A stretch of 64,000 bases of DNA from Setoptus koraiensis (GCA_048013815.1 CM106586.1:496001-560000); one strand, 5' to 3'; numbered from the stretch's first letter, positions 52,814 through 64,000 are shown. Numbers and translations are program-made. Notes: generated from the letters alone by a model not told the origin.

Positions 52814-53285
52814 CAAGTAATACTGATCAAATCAGTATTTCGAGCGCTTAATTTTTTGTGTGGACAAGTATTGTTGAAGGATTCAAAGGAGTTTATGACA
52901 ACCTGTTAACGCTCGCATTCGATAAATTGATGTGAGTGTGGTAGCTGAGAATACAAGAGATCTCAGCTATACAACTATATAACGCCTTTCGTCGCAGACT
53001 AGACTAATTTAACGCATGATTACAAGGATATGTTCGCTCCCTAGCTATCATACAGTATGACTGAGTTATGTGCCTTTGACAGTATAAAGTGCGCGTGTGA
53101 TAGCTGAGAAACTGTGCATCCTCAGCTATCACTTTACATGACTTAGTTATGTGCCTTTGACTGTACTAATTGTGTGTGTCATAGCTGAGAAATTATGCAT
53201 CCTCAGCTATGACGCTGTTCATTCAAGTTATGTGCCTTTGACTGTACTAATTGTGTGTGTCATAGCTGAGAAATTGTGCCCATAA
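52814..53285 (-). mobile_element. H2: truncated DINE-1/Helentron-like element with an 81-bp internal tandem repeat
   Basis: Hairpin AATACTGAT-caa-ATCAGTATT (52819-52839), subTIR AGCGCTTAATTTT; 81-bp units (53100, 53181, 53262) with an ATAGCTGAG...CTCAGCTAT stem. Confidence 0.7.
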
Positions 53286-53393
53286 TTATTGAGGCCCGAG
53301 CGGCACAACAATTACAAGCACCAACGTTGCCACGTTACCACAACGCACACAACACCACCAGAAGACCCAAATAGACCCCAATATCAACAGGTC

Positions 53394-53865
53394 GGCCGGA
53401 GGCCCTATCAACCAACACACCCGCGGACACGCCCACTTCCAACCAGAAAGCTAAAAAGCGGCCGGAGGCCCTGCCCGAACATCATCCCACGGACACGCCC
53501 ACTTTTAATATAAAATCGAAAAGGCGGCCGGAGGCTCTGCCCGAATATCATCCCACGGACACGCCCACTTTTAATACAAAATCGAAAAGGCGGCCGGAGG
53601 CTCTGCCCAAAAATAGCAAAAAGTAAGCGCAAATACACACATACACTTTGCACACACACACTTTGCACACATACACCGCACACATACACCGCACACATAC
53701 ACCGCACACATACACTTTACACACATACACTCTGCACACAAGCACCACACACAAGCACCGCACACAAGCACAGCACGCACAGCACGCATAGCACGCACAG
53801 CACGCACAGCACGCACAGAACGCGCAACACGCACAGCACACTCATTGCGCACAGCACGCACACCC
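53394..53865. repeat. 66-bp GC-rich tandem repeat (about 3.3 units) followed by CACAC/GCAC-type short repeats
   Basis: GGCCGGAGGC at 53394, 53460, 53526 and 53592; (CGCACACATACAC)n and (AGCACGCAC)n follow. Confidence 0.85.
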
Positions 53866-54223
53866 CTCTATCTATATACCCCTTCAAATACCTCTCGAGG
53901 TACCAATAAGTTAGCAAATCAACAGAACTGTGGGTAGTACGGTAACTGTTCAACGCGATCTAGCTTGGTTCAGCAACAATATAACGAAGCACCCTGTAGA
54001 AGCAAGCGAGGCCAAGGAGAGTCCGCGGTCGTCGCTCTACAGGCTCTGTTGTCCGCATACTGCTACTGAACAAGCGAAACATTACCCCTACCCCGGTAGA
54101 GTCTGAAATAGTTACTAATTGCGTCCCTAACCTTGCCTCCCTTTCACCACCCTAACTTACAGTGGATACTAATACCCCCACTACTACCAACACTACCTCC
54201 AATACTATCAAACCCTCACGAAA

Positions 54224-57200
54224 CAAGTGATCCTGATTCAATCAGTATCTCGAGCGCTTAATTTTTTGGATAGACGAGTATCGTTGGAATATGGATGCGA
54301 GTATGTGACAACATGTCGGAGATAATCATCTATGCCTGTCGATCAGAGTAGCCGAAAAGATGACAGAATGAATACAAGTTCTCCCAATTTCTATCGCAGC
54401 ATGATACACATGTCGATTGCTTGCGTATGGAATTTAGTAAGATTCTAATAGTCAGTTTCGCCGCAATGAGTAATTAAGTTAGACACACCAATTAGTCAAT
54501 GGCGCACACTTTGTTATAGTGCATCAGTTTTGAATCTCGAAGTTCGAAATGTGACCATCGAACTTCGAATCGTCACCAGCGAACTTCGAATTGTGACCAT
54601 CGAACTCTGTACGAGCACCTGGAACTCGTATCGGAAATTCGAATTTTCAATTTCGAATTTCGAAGTTCGAAATGTGACCATCGAACTTCGAATTGTCACC
54701 AGCGAACTTCGAATTGTCACCAGCGAACTTCGAATTGTGACCATCGAAGTCTGTACAAGCACTTGGAACTCCAAATTTCTATCGCAGCATGATACACATG
54801 TCGATTGCTTGCGTATGGGATTAAGTAAGATTCTAATAGTCAGTTTCGCCGCAATGAGTGATCAAGTTAGACACACCAATTAGTCAATGGCGCACACTTA
54901 GTTATTGTGCATCAATTTCGAATATCGAAGTTCGAATTGTGACCATCGAACTCTGTACGATCACCTGAAACTCGTATCGAAAATTCGAATTTTCAATTTC
55001 GAATTTCGAAGTTCGACGTTCGAAATGTGACCATCGAACCTCGGATAACGAACACTGACCATCAAACATCGACAGAGCAGATTAAACTATCATTAGAAAT
55101 TCGAATTTTCAATTTTGAACTTCGAAGTTCGAAGTGTGACCATCGAATTGTGACCACCAAACTCTGACCATCGAACATCGAACGAGCAGACGAAACTATC
55201 ATCAGGAATTCGAATTTTCAATTTTCGAATTTCGAAGTTCGAAGTTCGAAGTGTGACCATCGAATTGTGACCACCAAACTCTGACCATCGAACATCGAAC
55301 GAGCAGACGAAACTATCATCAGGAATTCGAATTTTCAATTTTCGAATTTCGAAGTTCGAAGTTCGAATTGTGACCATCGAATTGTGACCATCGAACTGAG
55401 AACTGTGACCATCGAACATCGAACGAGCATATGAAACTATCATTGGGAATTCGAATTTTCAATTTTCGAATTTCGAATTTCGAATTTCGAAGTTCGAATT
55501 GTGACCATCGAATTCTGACCATCGAACTGAGAACTGTGACCATCGAACATCGAACGAGCATATGAAACTATCATTGGGAATTCAAATTTTCAATTTTCGA
55601 ATTTCGAATTTCGAAGTTCGAATTGTGACCATCGAATTGTGACCATCGAACTGAGAACTGTGACCATCGAACATCGAACGAGCATATGAAACTATCATTG
55701 GGAATTCAAATTTTCAATTTTCGAATTTCGAATTTCGAAGTTCGAATTGTGACCATCGAATTGTGACCATCGAACTGAGAACTGTGACCATCGAACATCG
55801 AACGAGCAGATGAAACTATCATTAGGAATTCGAATTTTCAATTTTCGAATTTCGAAGTTCGAAGTTCGAATTCTGACCATCGAATTCTGACCATCGAACT
55901 GAGAACTGTGACCATCGAACATCGAACGAGCAGATGAAACTCTCATCAGGAATTCGAATTTTCAATTTCGAATTTCGAAGATCGAATTGTGACCATCGAA
56001 TCGTGACCACCGAACTCTGACCATCGAACTGAGAACTGTGACCATCGAACATCGAACGAGCATATGAAACTATCATTGGGAATTCAAATTTTCAATTTTC
56101 GAATTTCGAAGTTCGAGTTGTGACCATCGAATTCTGACCATCGAACTGAGAACTGTGACCATCGAACATCGAACCAGCAGACGAAACTATCATTAGGAAT
56201 TCGAATTTTCAATTTTCGAAGTTCGAAGTTCGAATTGTGACCATCGAATTGTGACCATCGAACATCGAACTCTGACCATCGAACATTGAACGAGCAGCTG
56301 AGACTCTCATCAGGAATTCGAATTTTCAATTTTCGAATTTCGAAATTCGAATTTCGAATTTCAAAGTTCGAATTGTGACCATCGAACTCTGACCATCGAA
56401 CTGAGAACTGTGACCATCGAACATCGAACGAGCAGACGAAACTATCATTAGGAATTCGAATTTTCAATTTTCGAATTTCGAATTTCGAAGTTCGAATTGT
56501 GACCATCGAATTCTGACCATCGAACTGAGAACTGTGACCATCGAACATCGAACGAGCAGATGAAACTATCATTGGGAATTCAAATTTTCAATTTTCGAAT
56601 TTCGAAATTCGAAATTCGAAGTTCGAATTGTGACCATCGAACATCGAACTCTGACCATCGAACTCTGTACAAGCACCTGAAACTATCATTGGGAATTCGA
56701 ATTTTCAATTTTCGAATTTCGAAGTTCGAAGTTCGAATTGTGACCATCGAATTGTGACCATCGAACTGAGAACTGTGACCATCGAACATCGAACGAGCAG
56801 ATGAAACTATCATTGGGAATTCGAATTTTCAATTTTCGAATTTCGAATTTCGAAGTTCGAATTGTGACCATCGAATTCTGACCATCGAACTGAGAACTGT
56901 GACCATCGAACATCGAACGAGCATATGAAACTATCATTGGGAATTTAAATTTTCAATTTTCGAATTTCGAACTTCGAAGTTCGAATTGTGACCATCGAAT
57001 TCTGACCATCGAACTGAGAACTGTGACCATCGAACATCGAACGAGCATATGAAACTATCATTGGGAATTCAAATTTTCAATTTTCGAATTTCGAATTTTG
57101 AAGTTCGAAGTTCGAATTGTGACCATCGAACATCGAACTCTGACCATTGAACATCGAATATCGAACGAACGGCTGTAACTCTTATCAGAAATCTGAATTT

Positions 57201-57558
57201 TCAATTTCGAAGTTCGAATTGCGACCATCGAATTGTGACCACCGAACTCTGACCATCGAACGAGCAGATGAAATTCTTATAAGAAATTCGAATTTCCAAT
57301 TTTGAAGTTCGATTTGTCACCACCGAACTCCGCACAAATGTGACCTAGTCAAATCTCCATAGGATTGCATACAAAATATTTTCGAGTGAAGCGATAATAG
57401 ACCAAGTCGAATCTACATAGGAATACATGTGTTATGTCTAGCAGGATTCTCACAGATTTGACTAAGTCAAACCTCCATAGGATTACATAGTCACGTGAAT
57501 AAACGTAGTCATAATCACCACCCCAATAGCAGCTTAATTAAAATTAAGCGCTAAAAAC
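54224..57558 (-). mobile_element. H3: full-length DINE-1/Helentron-like non-autonomous element, about 3.3 kb
   Basis: Left end has CAAG, hairpin and AGCGCTTAATTTT; right end has the inverted AAAATTAAGCGCT with an adjacent partial inverted repeat; central satellite; no clear TSD. Confidence 0.72.
54530..57330. repeat. TCGAA-rich complex satellite (units of about 120-130 bp built from 7- and 14-bp subrepeats) inside H3
   Basis: Recurring TTCGAA, TTGTGACCATCGAA and GAAACTATCATT; explains all MIVSSARSMFDGH-type ORFs. Confidence 0.95.
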
Positions 57559-57876
57559 AATCGCAGCAATTGGTCACAGCGCCACTTAAAGCGAGCTACT
57601 AACCAAGGCGAAACCACATACGCCTTATTCGCAACTTGGTTCAAGAAACTCGACAAGGTAGTAGCAAAACCTGTCCATAGTGAGGAAGCAAAAAAGAAGG
57701 CCGAAAAAATAAGAGATAGCCTGATACATAAAATAGTAAAGTTAGGACAAACCCAGCACGAAATATACCCTGCCCGAAACCTCACCCACGAGCAGAGGCT
57801 TAGGGATTTAATTTTATACAAGATCGGCCACAACGAGAAATTAGAGGATCAACTAGAGATCAAATTGGTGAAATAA
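57559..57876 (+). pseudogene. Unidentified ORF fragment (NRSNWSQRHLKR...LEDQLEIKLVK*), cut at its 5' end by H3
   Basis: About 105 open codons of protein-like composition with no start codon; no family recognised. Confidence 0.35.
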
Positions 57877-57879
57877 TTA

Positions 57880-58119
57880 ATGGACCCTACGGAAGAGTAT
57901 GAGCTTCAGTACGAGTCCGAGAGTGAAAGCACTATTGTTTGTCCGCCCACACCAGATAGCTGCACCTCTGAAGCCGACTCAGTCGTCATTATCTACGAAT
58001 CATACTCCATTGATAGCGATTCAGATGATGAAACTATAATAACATCCGAAGGAGAAGAGGTGTTCCTCAAAGAAATTGACGATTACATAGCCGAGTTAGA
58101 CAGAATAAACGCACAAAAT
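57880..58119 (+). pseudogene. Acidic ORF (MDPTEEYELQ...RINAQN), cut at its 3' end by H4
   Basis: ATG three bases after the preceding stop; the track's tail QVILIKSVFRALNF is read-through into H4. Confidence 0.35.
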
Positions 58120-58289
58120 CAAGTAATACTGATCAAATCAGTATTTAGAGCGCTTAATTTTTCATGTAGACGATTATCGTTGATAATTAGGAGGAGTTTA
58201 TGAAGACCTATTAGCGCTCGCAATCGATGAATTGATGCATACTTGGTAGCCAAGAGTACGAGAGATCTCAGCTATACCACTATGTGCTC

Positions 58290-58900
58290 GTGTGCGGTAT
58301 GCTATCCAAATTAATCGTTTGGTCGTTTCATACCATCTAAAGAGTATAACAAACTAGATCCAGGTTTCTCAAATTCTCACCATAGTTAGATGTACATGTC
58401 TGCTGCCTGCATGCTAAAATTGGTGCACTTCTATCGGTTAGTTTCGCCACAATTAATGATTTCAATACATACACCAAGACGCAATGGCGCACAACGTGTT
58501 AAAGCGCGCGCTTCATGTGCAGTGTGCTATACAAATTGATCGTTTGGTCGTTTCATACCATCTAAAGAGTATCACAAACTAGATCCAGGTTTCTCAAATT
58601 TTCACCATAGTTAGATGTACATGTCTGCTGCCTGCATGCAAGAATTGGTGCACTTCTATCGGTTAGTTTTGCCACAATTGATGATTTCAATACATACACC
58701 AAGAAGCAATGGCGTACTATGTGTTGAAGCGCGCGCTTCATGTGCGGTGTGCTATTCAAATTGATCGTTTGGTCGTTTCATACCATCTAAAGAGTATCAC
58801 AAACTAGATCCAGGTTTCTCAAATTTTCACCATAGTTAGATGTACATGTCTGCTGCCTGCATGCAAAAATTGGTGCACTTCTATCGGTTAGTTTTGTCTG
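58290..58900. repeat. 225-bp tandem repeat, about 2.7 units
   Basis: CATCTAAAGAG at 58334, 58559 and 58784. Confidence 0.92.
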
Positions 58901-59076
58901 TGCGGTTGCGTTCAGCGGACTCATTCTGTGCCACGTATGCGCAGCACCATGCATTATCGTATTCTTCTGCCATTCCAAACATCTGTGTCTGGATTGCAGT
59001 CATGTGAGCGAATTATCATGTCAACTGCCTGCGTGCCGAAATTACGTGCCACTAACAACTAAACAAAAAAAATAAA

Positions 59077-59217
59077 ATGGAGCAACTAAACCAACCAATT
59101 AAAATGGAGCAACTTAAAAGAACTATCCCTCCACCGCCTGGCGATCCACAACGGATGTCAAAGACGTTGACAGTAGAAGTCGCCATCGAGTATATTAGAT
59201 TTTTAGAGCCACACTGA
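59077..59217 (+). CDS. 46-aa ORF resembling helix1-loop-helix2 of a bHLH domain without the basic region
   Basis: MEQLKRTIPPPPGDPQRMSKTLTVEVAIEYIRFLE follows the bHLH pattern L...IP...K.SK..tL..AI.YI..L. Confidence 0.5.
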   Translation: MEQLNQPIKMEQLKRTIPPPPGDPQRMSKTLTVEVAIEYIRFLEPH

Positions 59218-59579
59218 TATTCGCCGGGACTATACCAGAGACCCATCACTTCAAACAGATGAAAATAATATCGCCTAGCGGCTTCAGGAGACTAACAATG
59301 AAAGTTTGCGCAGATAATGGTAGTACGTGATAATTGTAATTTAGTTGTTGAATTGAATTGTCTTGGTGAATTATGAAGCATTTTAACTAATACAAATATG
59401 TACTCAAAATCATTTTCTTCATTCATTCTGTCTTCATATTTTTCTTGATTATCATGTCGACTGCGTGCGTGCCGAAATTGGTGCAGTTCTAGCGGTCAAT
59501 ATTGCCACAATAAATAATTTCGCAAGACACAACAAGTCGGCAATGGCGCACAATGTGTGATAACCCGTGACCTGTGTGC

Positions 59580-61152
59580 CATCTCCATAGAGATAACATG
59601 TGTAATGTTTAGATACTTTAACACGGAAATTTGGAGATTCAAATCTCCATAGACTTAACATGTGTAATGTTTAGATACTTCAACACGGGATTTGAGAGAC
59701 TCGAATCCCCATTGAGTTAACATGTGTAATGTTTAGATACTTTAACACAGGGGGTGTTGTAGCGAATAGTGCCCCAGTCAGATTTCGATGAAACTTCACA
59801 CACGGGGCCCGTAGGGCCCAAAAACAATAACCTCGGTGGTCCGGAAGTGCGGAAACTTCCGGTTCCGGTTTTACAAAAAAAAATGAGATACAGGCTTGAA
59901 ACTCACTATACATGTGAATCAGAGCACGCAGAGTACGATAACGTCAATTTCAAATTTGTCTCACTTCCGGTTGACGAGATATCTGGATGAAACCGCTGCA
60001 GGGGCGTAGACGGGACGGAATACCCGCGCGCACGAACAAATACGTGCGCTATCAGGCCCATTCTGTTCAACACTTAAGGATGCGCAGCTCCTTTTCTGTG
60101 CCGGATATATGTTCAGAGCCTTCCACGCGTCCCCATTTCGTTCTTTTTCTATCATTCGTGTATGGATTGCAGTCATGTGAGCGGAGGGTAGAGGGCGCAG
60201 CCCGATACCCGAAGCGCTCATCAACCCTACCCGAAGGGTTCCCGTCGCACGCAGTCGTCGCGGGAGCGACGACGGAGATGTGACGGCCTCCAGAATACGA
60301 GGCCGCAGGCCGAGTTCTCAGACACACCGCATGTGCATCCCCGAGCGCAGCGAAGCAATAATTTGGTCACTTCCGGTCTTCTAACCCTAGTAATATCTCT
60401 ATATCTCGAAAACCGGAAGTTGCACAGAGCTGAAAATTATGTCATCGTGTTCAGCGTAGCTTGAAACGTCTCTGTGGTGAATTTCAGAGCTCTAGATTCA
60501 ACTTTTTGTAAAACCGGAACCGGAAGTTTCCGCACTTCCGGACCACTTTTCCCGATGGTTTTGGGTCAAGATGAACCCGTACCTGAAGTTTCATCAAAAT
60601 CGGGGCGGGGCACTATTCGCTACAACAACCAACACAGGAATCGAGAGACTCGAATCTCCATAGAGTTAACATGTGTAATGTTTAGATACTTTAACACGGA
60701 AATTTGGAGACTCGGATCTCCATAGAGATAACATGTGTAATGTTTAGATACTTCAACACGGGATTTGAGAAACTCAAATCACCATAGACTTAACATGTGT
60801 AATGTTTAGATACATTAACACGGGATTTGAGAAACTCAAACCACCATAGACTTAACATGTGTAATGTTTAGATACTTTAACACGGAAATTTAGAGACTCG
60901 GATCTCCATAGAGATAACATGTGTAATGTTTAGATACTTTAACACGGAAATTTAGAGACTCGAATCCCCATAGAGATAACATGTGTAATGTTTAGATACT
61001 TTAACACGGGATTTGAGAAACTCAAACCACCATAGACTTAACATGTGTAATGTTTAGATACATTAACACGGAAATTTAGAGACTCGGATCTCCATAGAGA
61101 TAACATGTGTAATGTTTAGATACTCTAACACAGGAATCGAGAGACTCGAATC
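59580..61152. repeat. 62-bp minisatellite (CATAGAGTTAACATGTGTAATGTTTAGATAC...), interrupted by M3
   Basis: Units at 59586, 59648, 59710, then 60659 to 61093 at a 62-bp period. Confidence 0.95.
59752..60630 (+). mobile_element. M3: non-autonomous TIR element of the M family, 879 bp
   Basis: 23-bp TIR GG(G/T)TGTTGTAGCGAATAGTGCCC plus long imperfect subterminal IR (CCGGAAGTGCGGAAACTTCCGGTTCCGGTTTT); 8-bp TSD AACACAGG at 59744-59751 and 60631-60638. Confidence 0.9.
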
Positions 61153-61521
61153 TCATTCAAGCTGTAACTTAATTTGTGTTAGGGAGGTTGAGCGACTCAA
61201 GTGGATCGCAAATAGTATATAGATTTTCGTGTGATAGTAAATGAAGCGACTCAAAGTAATAGGCTTATGTGTAAATTCCCCTTCCAATTAGAATCCAACA
61301 TCAGTACATCAATAGCGCTCAGTTAAAATAAAGCCCTAGAAACCTGATAGATGTTAGAACCAGCGTAATCATAATGTGATGTAAAACGTTTTATTGAATT
61401 TATCTGAATTTTCATATCTATCTGTACATCTGTGCATGTCCATCTTCACTGAATGTTAGTCTTCGTCCCCACCATCATACTTTCAGCCAACTCTTCTCCT
61501 AAGTTTAGAATTCCATTCCGA

Positions 61522-61845
61522 TTATCTCATCAAATTTCTGGTACCACATGAATACATTTTAATGTGTTTAGTCAAATTGTCCTTCCTATTGAAAATCGAT
61601 TTGCAAGTTGGACATGGAAATTTTCTCTGGTTTTCTACAATGGAAAGAAATTTTACTGAATTAAATTATACATAATAAATTCTTCGAATTTTATAAAAAT
61701 GAGAATTTCCATTACCTGAATGAGTTTTCCTATGTCTCAGCAAGTTGTCATACCTAGCAAACCCTCGCTTGCATCTATGACAGATGTATAAACGTACATC
61801 GTTTGCAAATTGAATTGTCTTCGACATGACACTGATTTCACTCAT
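61522..61845 (-). CDS. Small spliced zinc-finger ORF (two fingers, about 80 aa); exons 61845-61716 and 61634-61522; possibly a gene fragment
   Basis: YICHRCKRGFARYDNLLRHRKTH, then an 81-bp GT..AG intron (G|GTAATG, TTTCCATTGTAG|), then in-frame FPCPTCKSIFNRKDNLTKHIKMYSC; AATAAA downstream near 61393. Confidence 0.6.
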
Positions 61846-62009
61846 ATTCAAGGGTCGGTTAAATGATAGCAAATCAATCCACAACTTGTCTGGGAATTCT
61901 TGGATTATAATATTCGTTGTTCATTTTTGTGTGCTAAAAGGGTGGAATGACTTAAGTCTCAAATTAGTGTTTAGCTTACTGTGTGTTAGGGAGGTGGAGT
62001 GGCTTGAGT

Positions 62010-62509
62010 NNNNNNNNNNNNNNNNNNNNNNNNNNNNNNNNNNNNNNNNNNNNNNNNNNNNNNNNNNNNNNNNNNNNNNNNNNNNNNNNNNNNNNNNNNN
62101 NNNNNNNNNNNNNNNNNNNNNNNNNNNNNNNNNNNNNNNNNNNNNNNNNNNNNNNNNNNNNNNNNNNNNNNNNNNNNNNNNNNNNNNNNNNNNNNNNNNN
62201 NNNNNNNNNNNNNNNNNNNNNNNNNNNNNNNNNNNNNNNNNNNNNNNNNNNNNNNNNNNNNNNNNNNNNNNNNNNNNNNNNNNNNNNNNNNNNNNNNNNN
62301 NNNNNNNNNNNNNNNNNNNNNNNNNNNNNNNNNNNNNNNNNNNNNNNNNNNNNNNNNNNNNNNNNNNNNNNNNNNNNNNNNNNNNNNNNNNNNNNNNNNN
62401 NNNNNNNNNNNNNNNNNNNNNNNNNNNNNNNNNNNNNNNNNNNNNNNNNNNNNNNNNNNNNNNNNNNNNNNNNNNNNNNNNNNNNNNNNNNNNNNNNNNN
62501 NNNNNNNNN
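62010..62509. other. Assembly gap (500 N)
   Basis: Fixed-length N run flanked by H-family repeat units. Confidence 0.99.
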
Positions 62510-63180
62510 CAAATCTCCATAAGGTTAGTATGTGTAATGTTTAGATACTTTAAAATCAATCAACCATCGATCAAATTGGACTAAGGTGCTGCGAAATTCC
62601 CCACCATTGAAACAACCTTCTTCGTGCTCAACGAACAAATGATCTCTAGTCTCATTGTAGAACTCGAACCACGAATGTAAACAAGCTACAGAGCCAGCTA
62701 TCTACACACGAGACTGTGAAGCAACAACATGTAAACAAATTTTGAACAGCTAGAATGTGATGATGAGGTGGCAGACTTAGATTTCGATCATATCTGTAGC
62801 GCACTGTGTATTAGGAGGCGGAGCTACTTAAGTCTCAAACTAGTGTGTAGCCTACTGTGTGCTGAGGAGGCGGAGCTACTCAAGTCTCAAACTAGTGTGT
62901 ACCCTACTGTGTGCTGAGGAGGTGGGGCGACTTAAGTCTTAATCAAGCTGTAGCCTACTGTGTGCTGAGGAGGCGGAGCTACTCAAGTCTCAAACTAGTG
63001 AGTACCCTACTGTGTGCTGAGGAGGTGGAGTGACTTAAGTCTCTAACTAGTATGTAGCTTTCTGTGTGCTAAGAAGGGGGCGTGACTCAAAATTGTAGGC
63101 TTGTGTGTGCATTGCCACCTCCATTCAGGATCCAACATCACTACATCATTAGCGCTTAATTAAAATTAAGCGCTAAAAAC
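62510..63180 (-). mobile_element. H5: right part of a DINE-1/Helentron-like element with a 52-bp tandem array
   Basis: Perfect 13-bp stem TTAGCGCTTAATT-aa-AATTAAGCGCTAA at 63149-63176; 51-52-bp units at 62852, 62904, 62955 and 63007; one 62-bp-type unit at 62510. Confidence 0.7.
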
Positions 63181-63181
63181 G

Positions 63182-64000
63182 CGAGTCGCTAATAACCTGA
63201 AGAAATTGGTGAGTGCATTTAAAGAGCAATATATTCCACTGTCTGAGAGAAGGAATATTGCTCGTGAACTACAACAAAGGATGCAGTTAAGAGAAGAGTA
63301 TGTGGGTAATTTTATCTCAGACTTGAACAAGTTGTGTTCTGACTATGATAAGAACATGTCTGAAGCCGACAGAGTTGACAGAATCATGTGGAAACTCCTT
63401 CCGGAGTTTTTCCCGAACATCGCTGAAGATGAAATCAGCACAGTTGGAGAATTGAAACGTAAGGCAGTCAATATCGCAGAAGGTTTGAAGAAGAAAGAAG
63501 GTAAAAGCATCATGGCAGTGATCAATAACGATGATCGCAGTAAACTGAGAGGTGGTCAGCAGCGAAATAGATACCAAAAGAAGCCCAGTTGGAACTATAA
63601 TCAACAACGGTCTCAACAACAACAGCAGTACCAACAACAACAGCAGTACCAACAACAACAGCAGTACCAACCACAACATGAACAAAACATTAAGTTGAGA
63701 AGAAACCAAACAAATGAAGATAGACCTGTTAAGTGCTATACTTGTGGTGAATTTGGGCACATTAGTACGAATTGCTCGACCAATCGGAACGTCAGCACAC
63801 CTCAAAATAAAGAAGGTGTTGACAGAAGAAATAATCCAAATCATGTCGTTTTTAGAAAAGATATGTCGAAAGTAATGTGCTATAATTGCCAATCTTTCGG
63901 ACACATATCGAGAAATTGCCCAATGACAAAACCAATGAAGGTCGACACAGATAATGAAAATAAGCAAACGGAATGCGAAGCGGGGCCCAGTAGGCAACAA
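63182..64000 (+). mobile_element. Ty3/Gypsy-type gag ORF, 5'-truncated by H5 and running off the window (missed by the ORF track)
   Basis: Open frame FKEQYIP...RMQLREEYVGNFISDLNKLC with two CCHC knuckles, CYTCGEFGHISTNC and CYNCQSFGHISRNC. Confidence 0.85.

Larger units (their letters stand above)
58120..61343 (-). mobile_element. H4: full-length DINE-1/Helentron-like element with 225-bp and 62-bp arrays, an HLH cargo and nested M3
   Basis: Left end is near-identical to H2 over about 170 bp; right end GAATCCAACATCAGTACATCAATAGCGCTCAGTTAAAATAAAGCCCTAGAAAC is a diverged copy of the H5 end. Confidence 0.7.

Noticed and set aside
54514-57330. Repetitive ORFs in the TCGAA array, and the array as a CRISPR or heat-shock-element cluster
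   Set aside because: These are satellite translations. There are no unique spacers or cas genes, and GAA/TTC spacing is mostly 0-1 nt rather than the 2 nt that nGAAn arrays need.
63317-64000. 227-aa minus-strand ORF
   Set aside because: Antisense shadow of the + strand gag frame.

Overview
Eukaryotic (arthropod-type, possibly mite; organism not certain) genomic DNA, microsatellite-rich, with two 500-N assembly gaps. The one large gene is a Shaker (Kv1) potassium channel on the + strand: five homology-supported exons at 41897-49051, a well-supported first coding exon at 35688-35848 and weaker candidate alternative first exons, giving about 1158 aa with a very long Cys/His-rich C-tail and Arg at the ShB T449 position. 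About 13 kb upstream of that first exon, on the - strand and between two 277-bp direct repeats, lies a complete-looking intronless gene for an 81-aa secreted six-cysteine defensin/toxin-like peptide (22455-22700). About 500 bp after the Shaker stop a dense nested transposon cluster begins. It contains a decayed Copia gag-protease, three complete 8-bp-TSD GG-ended TIR elements (Merlin/MULE-like MITEs), a family of DINE-1/Helentron-like elements each amplifying a different internal tandem repeat (one carrying a helix-loop-helix fragment), a small spliced C2H2 zinc-finger ORF, an unassigned pair of tightly packed ORFs, and a Ty3/Gypsy-type gag running off the right edge. Coordinates and counts were read by eye; no database searches were run.
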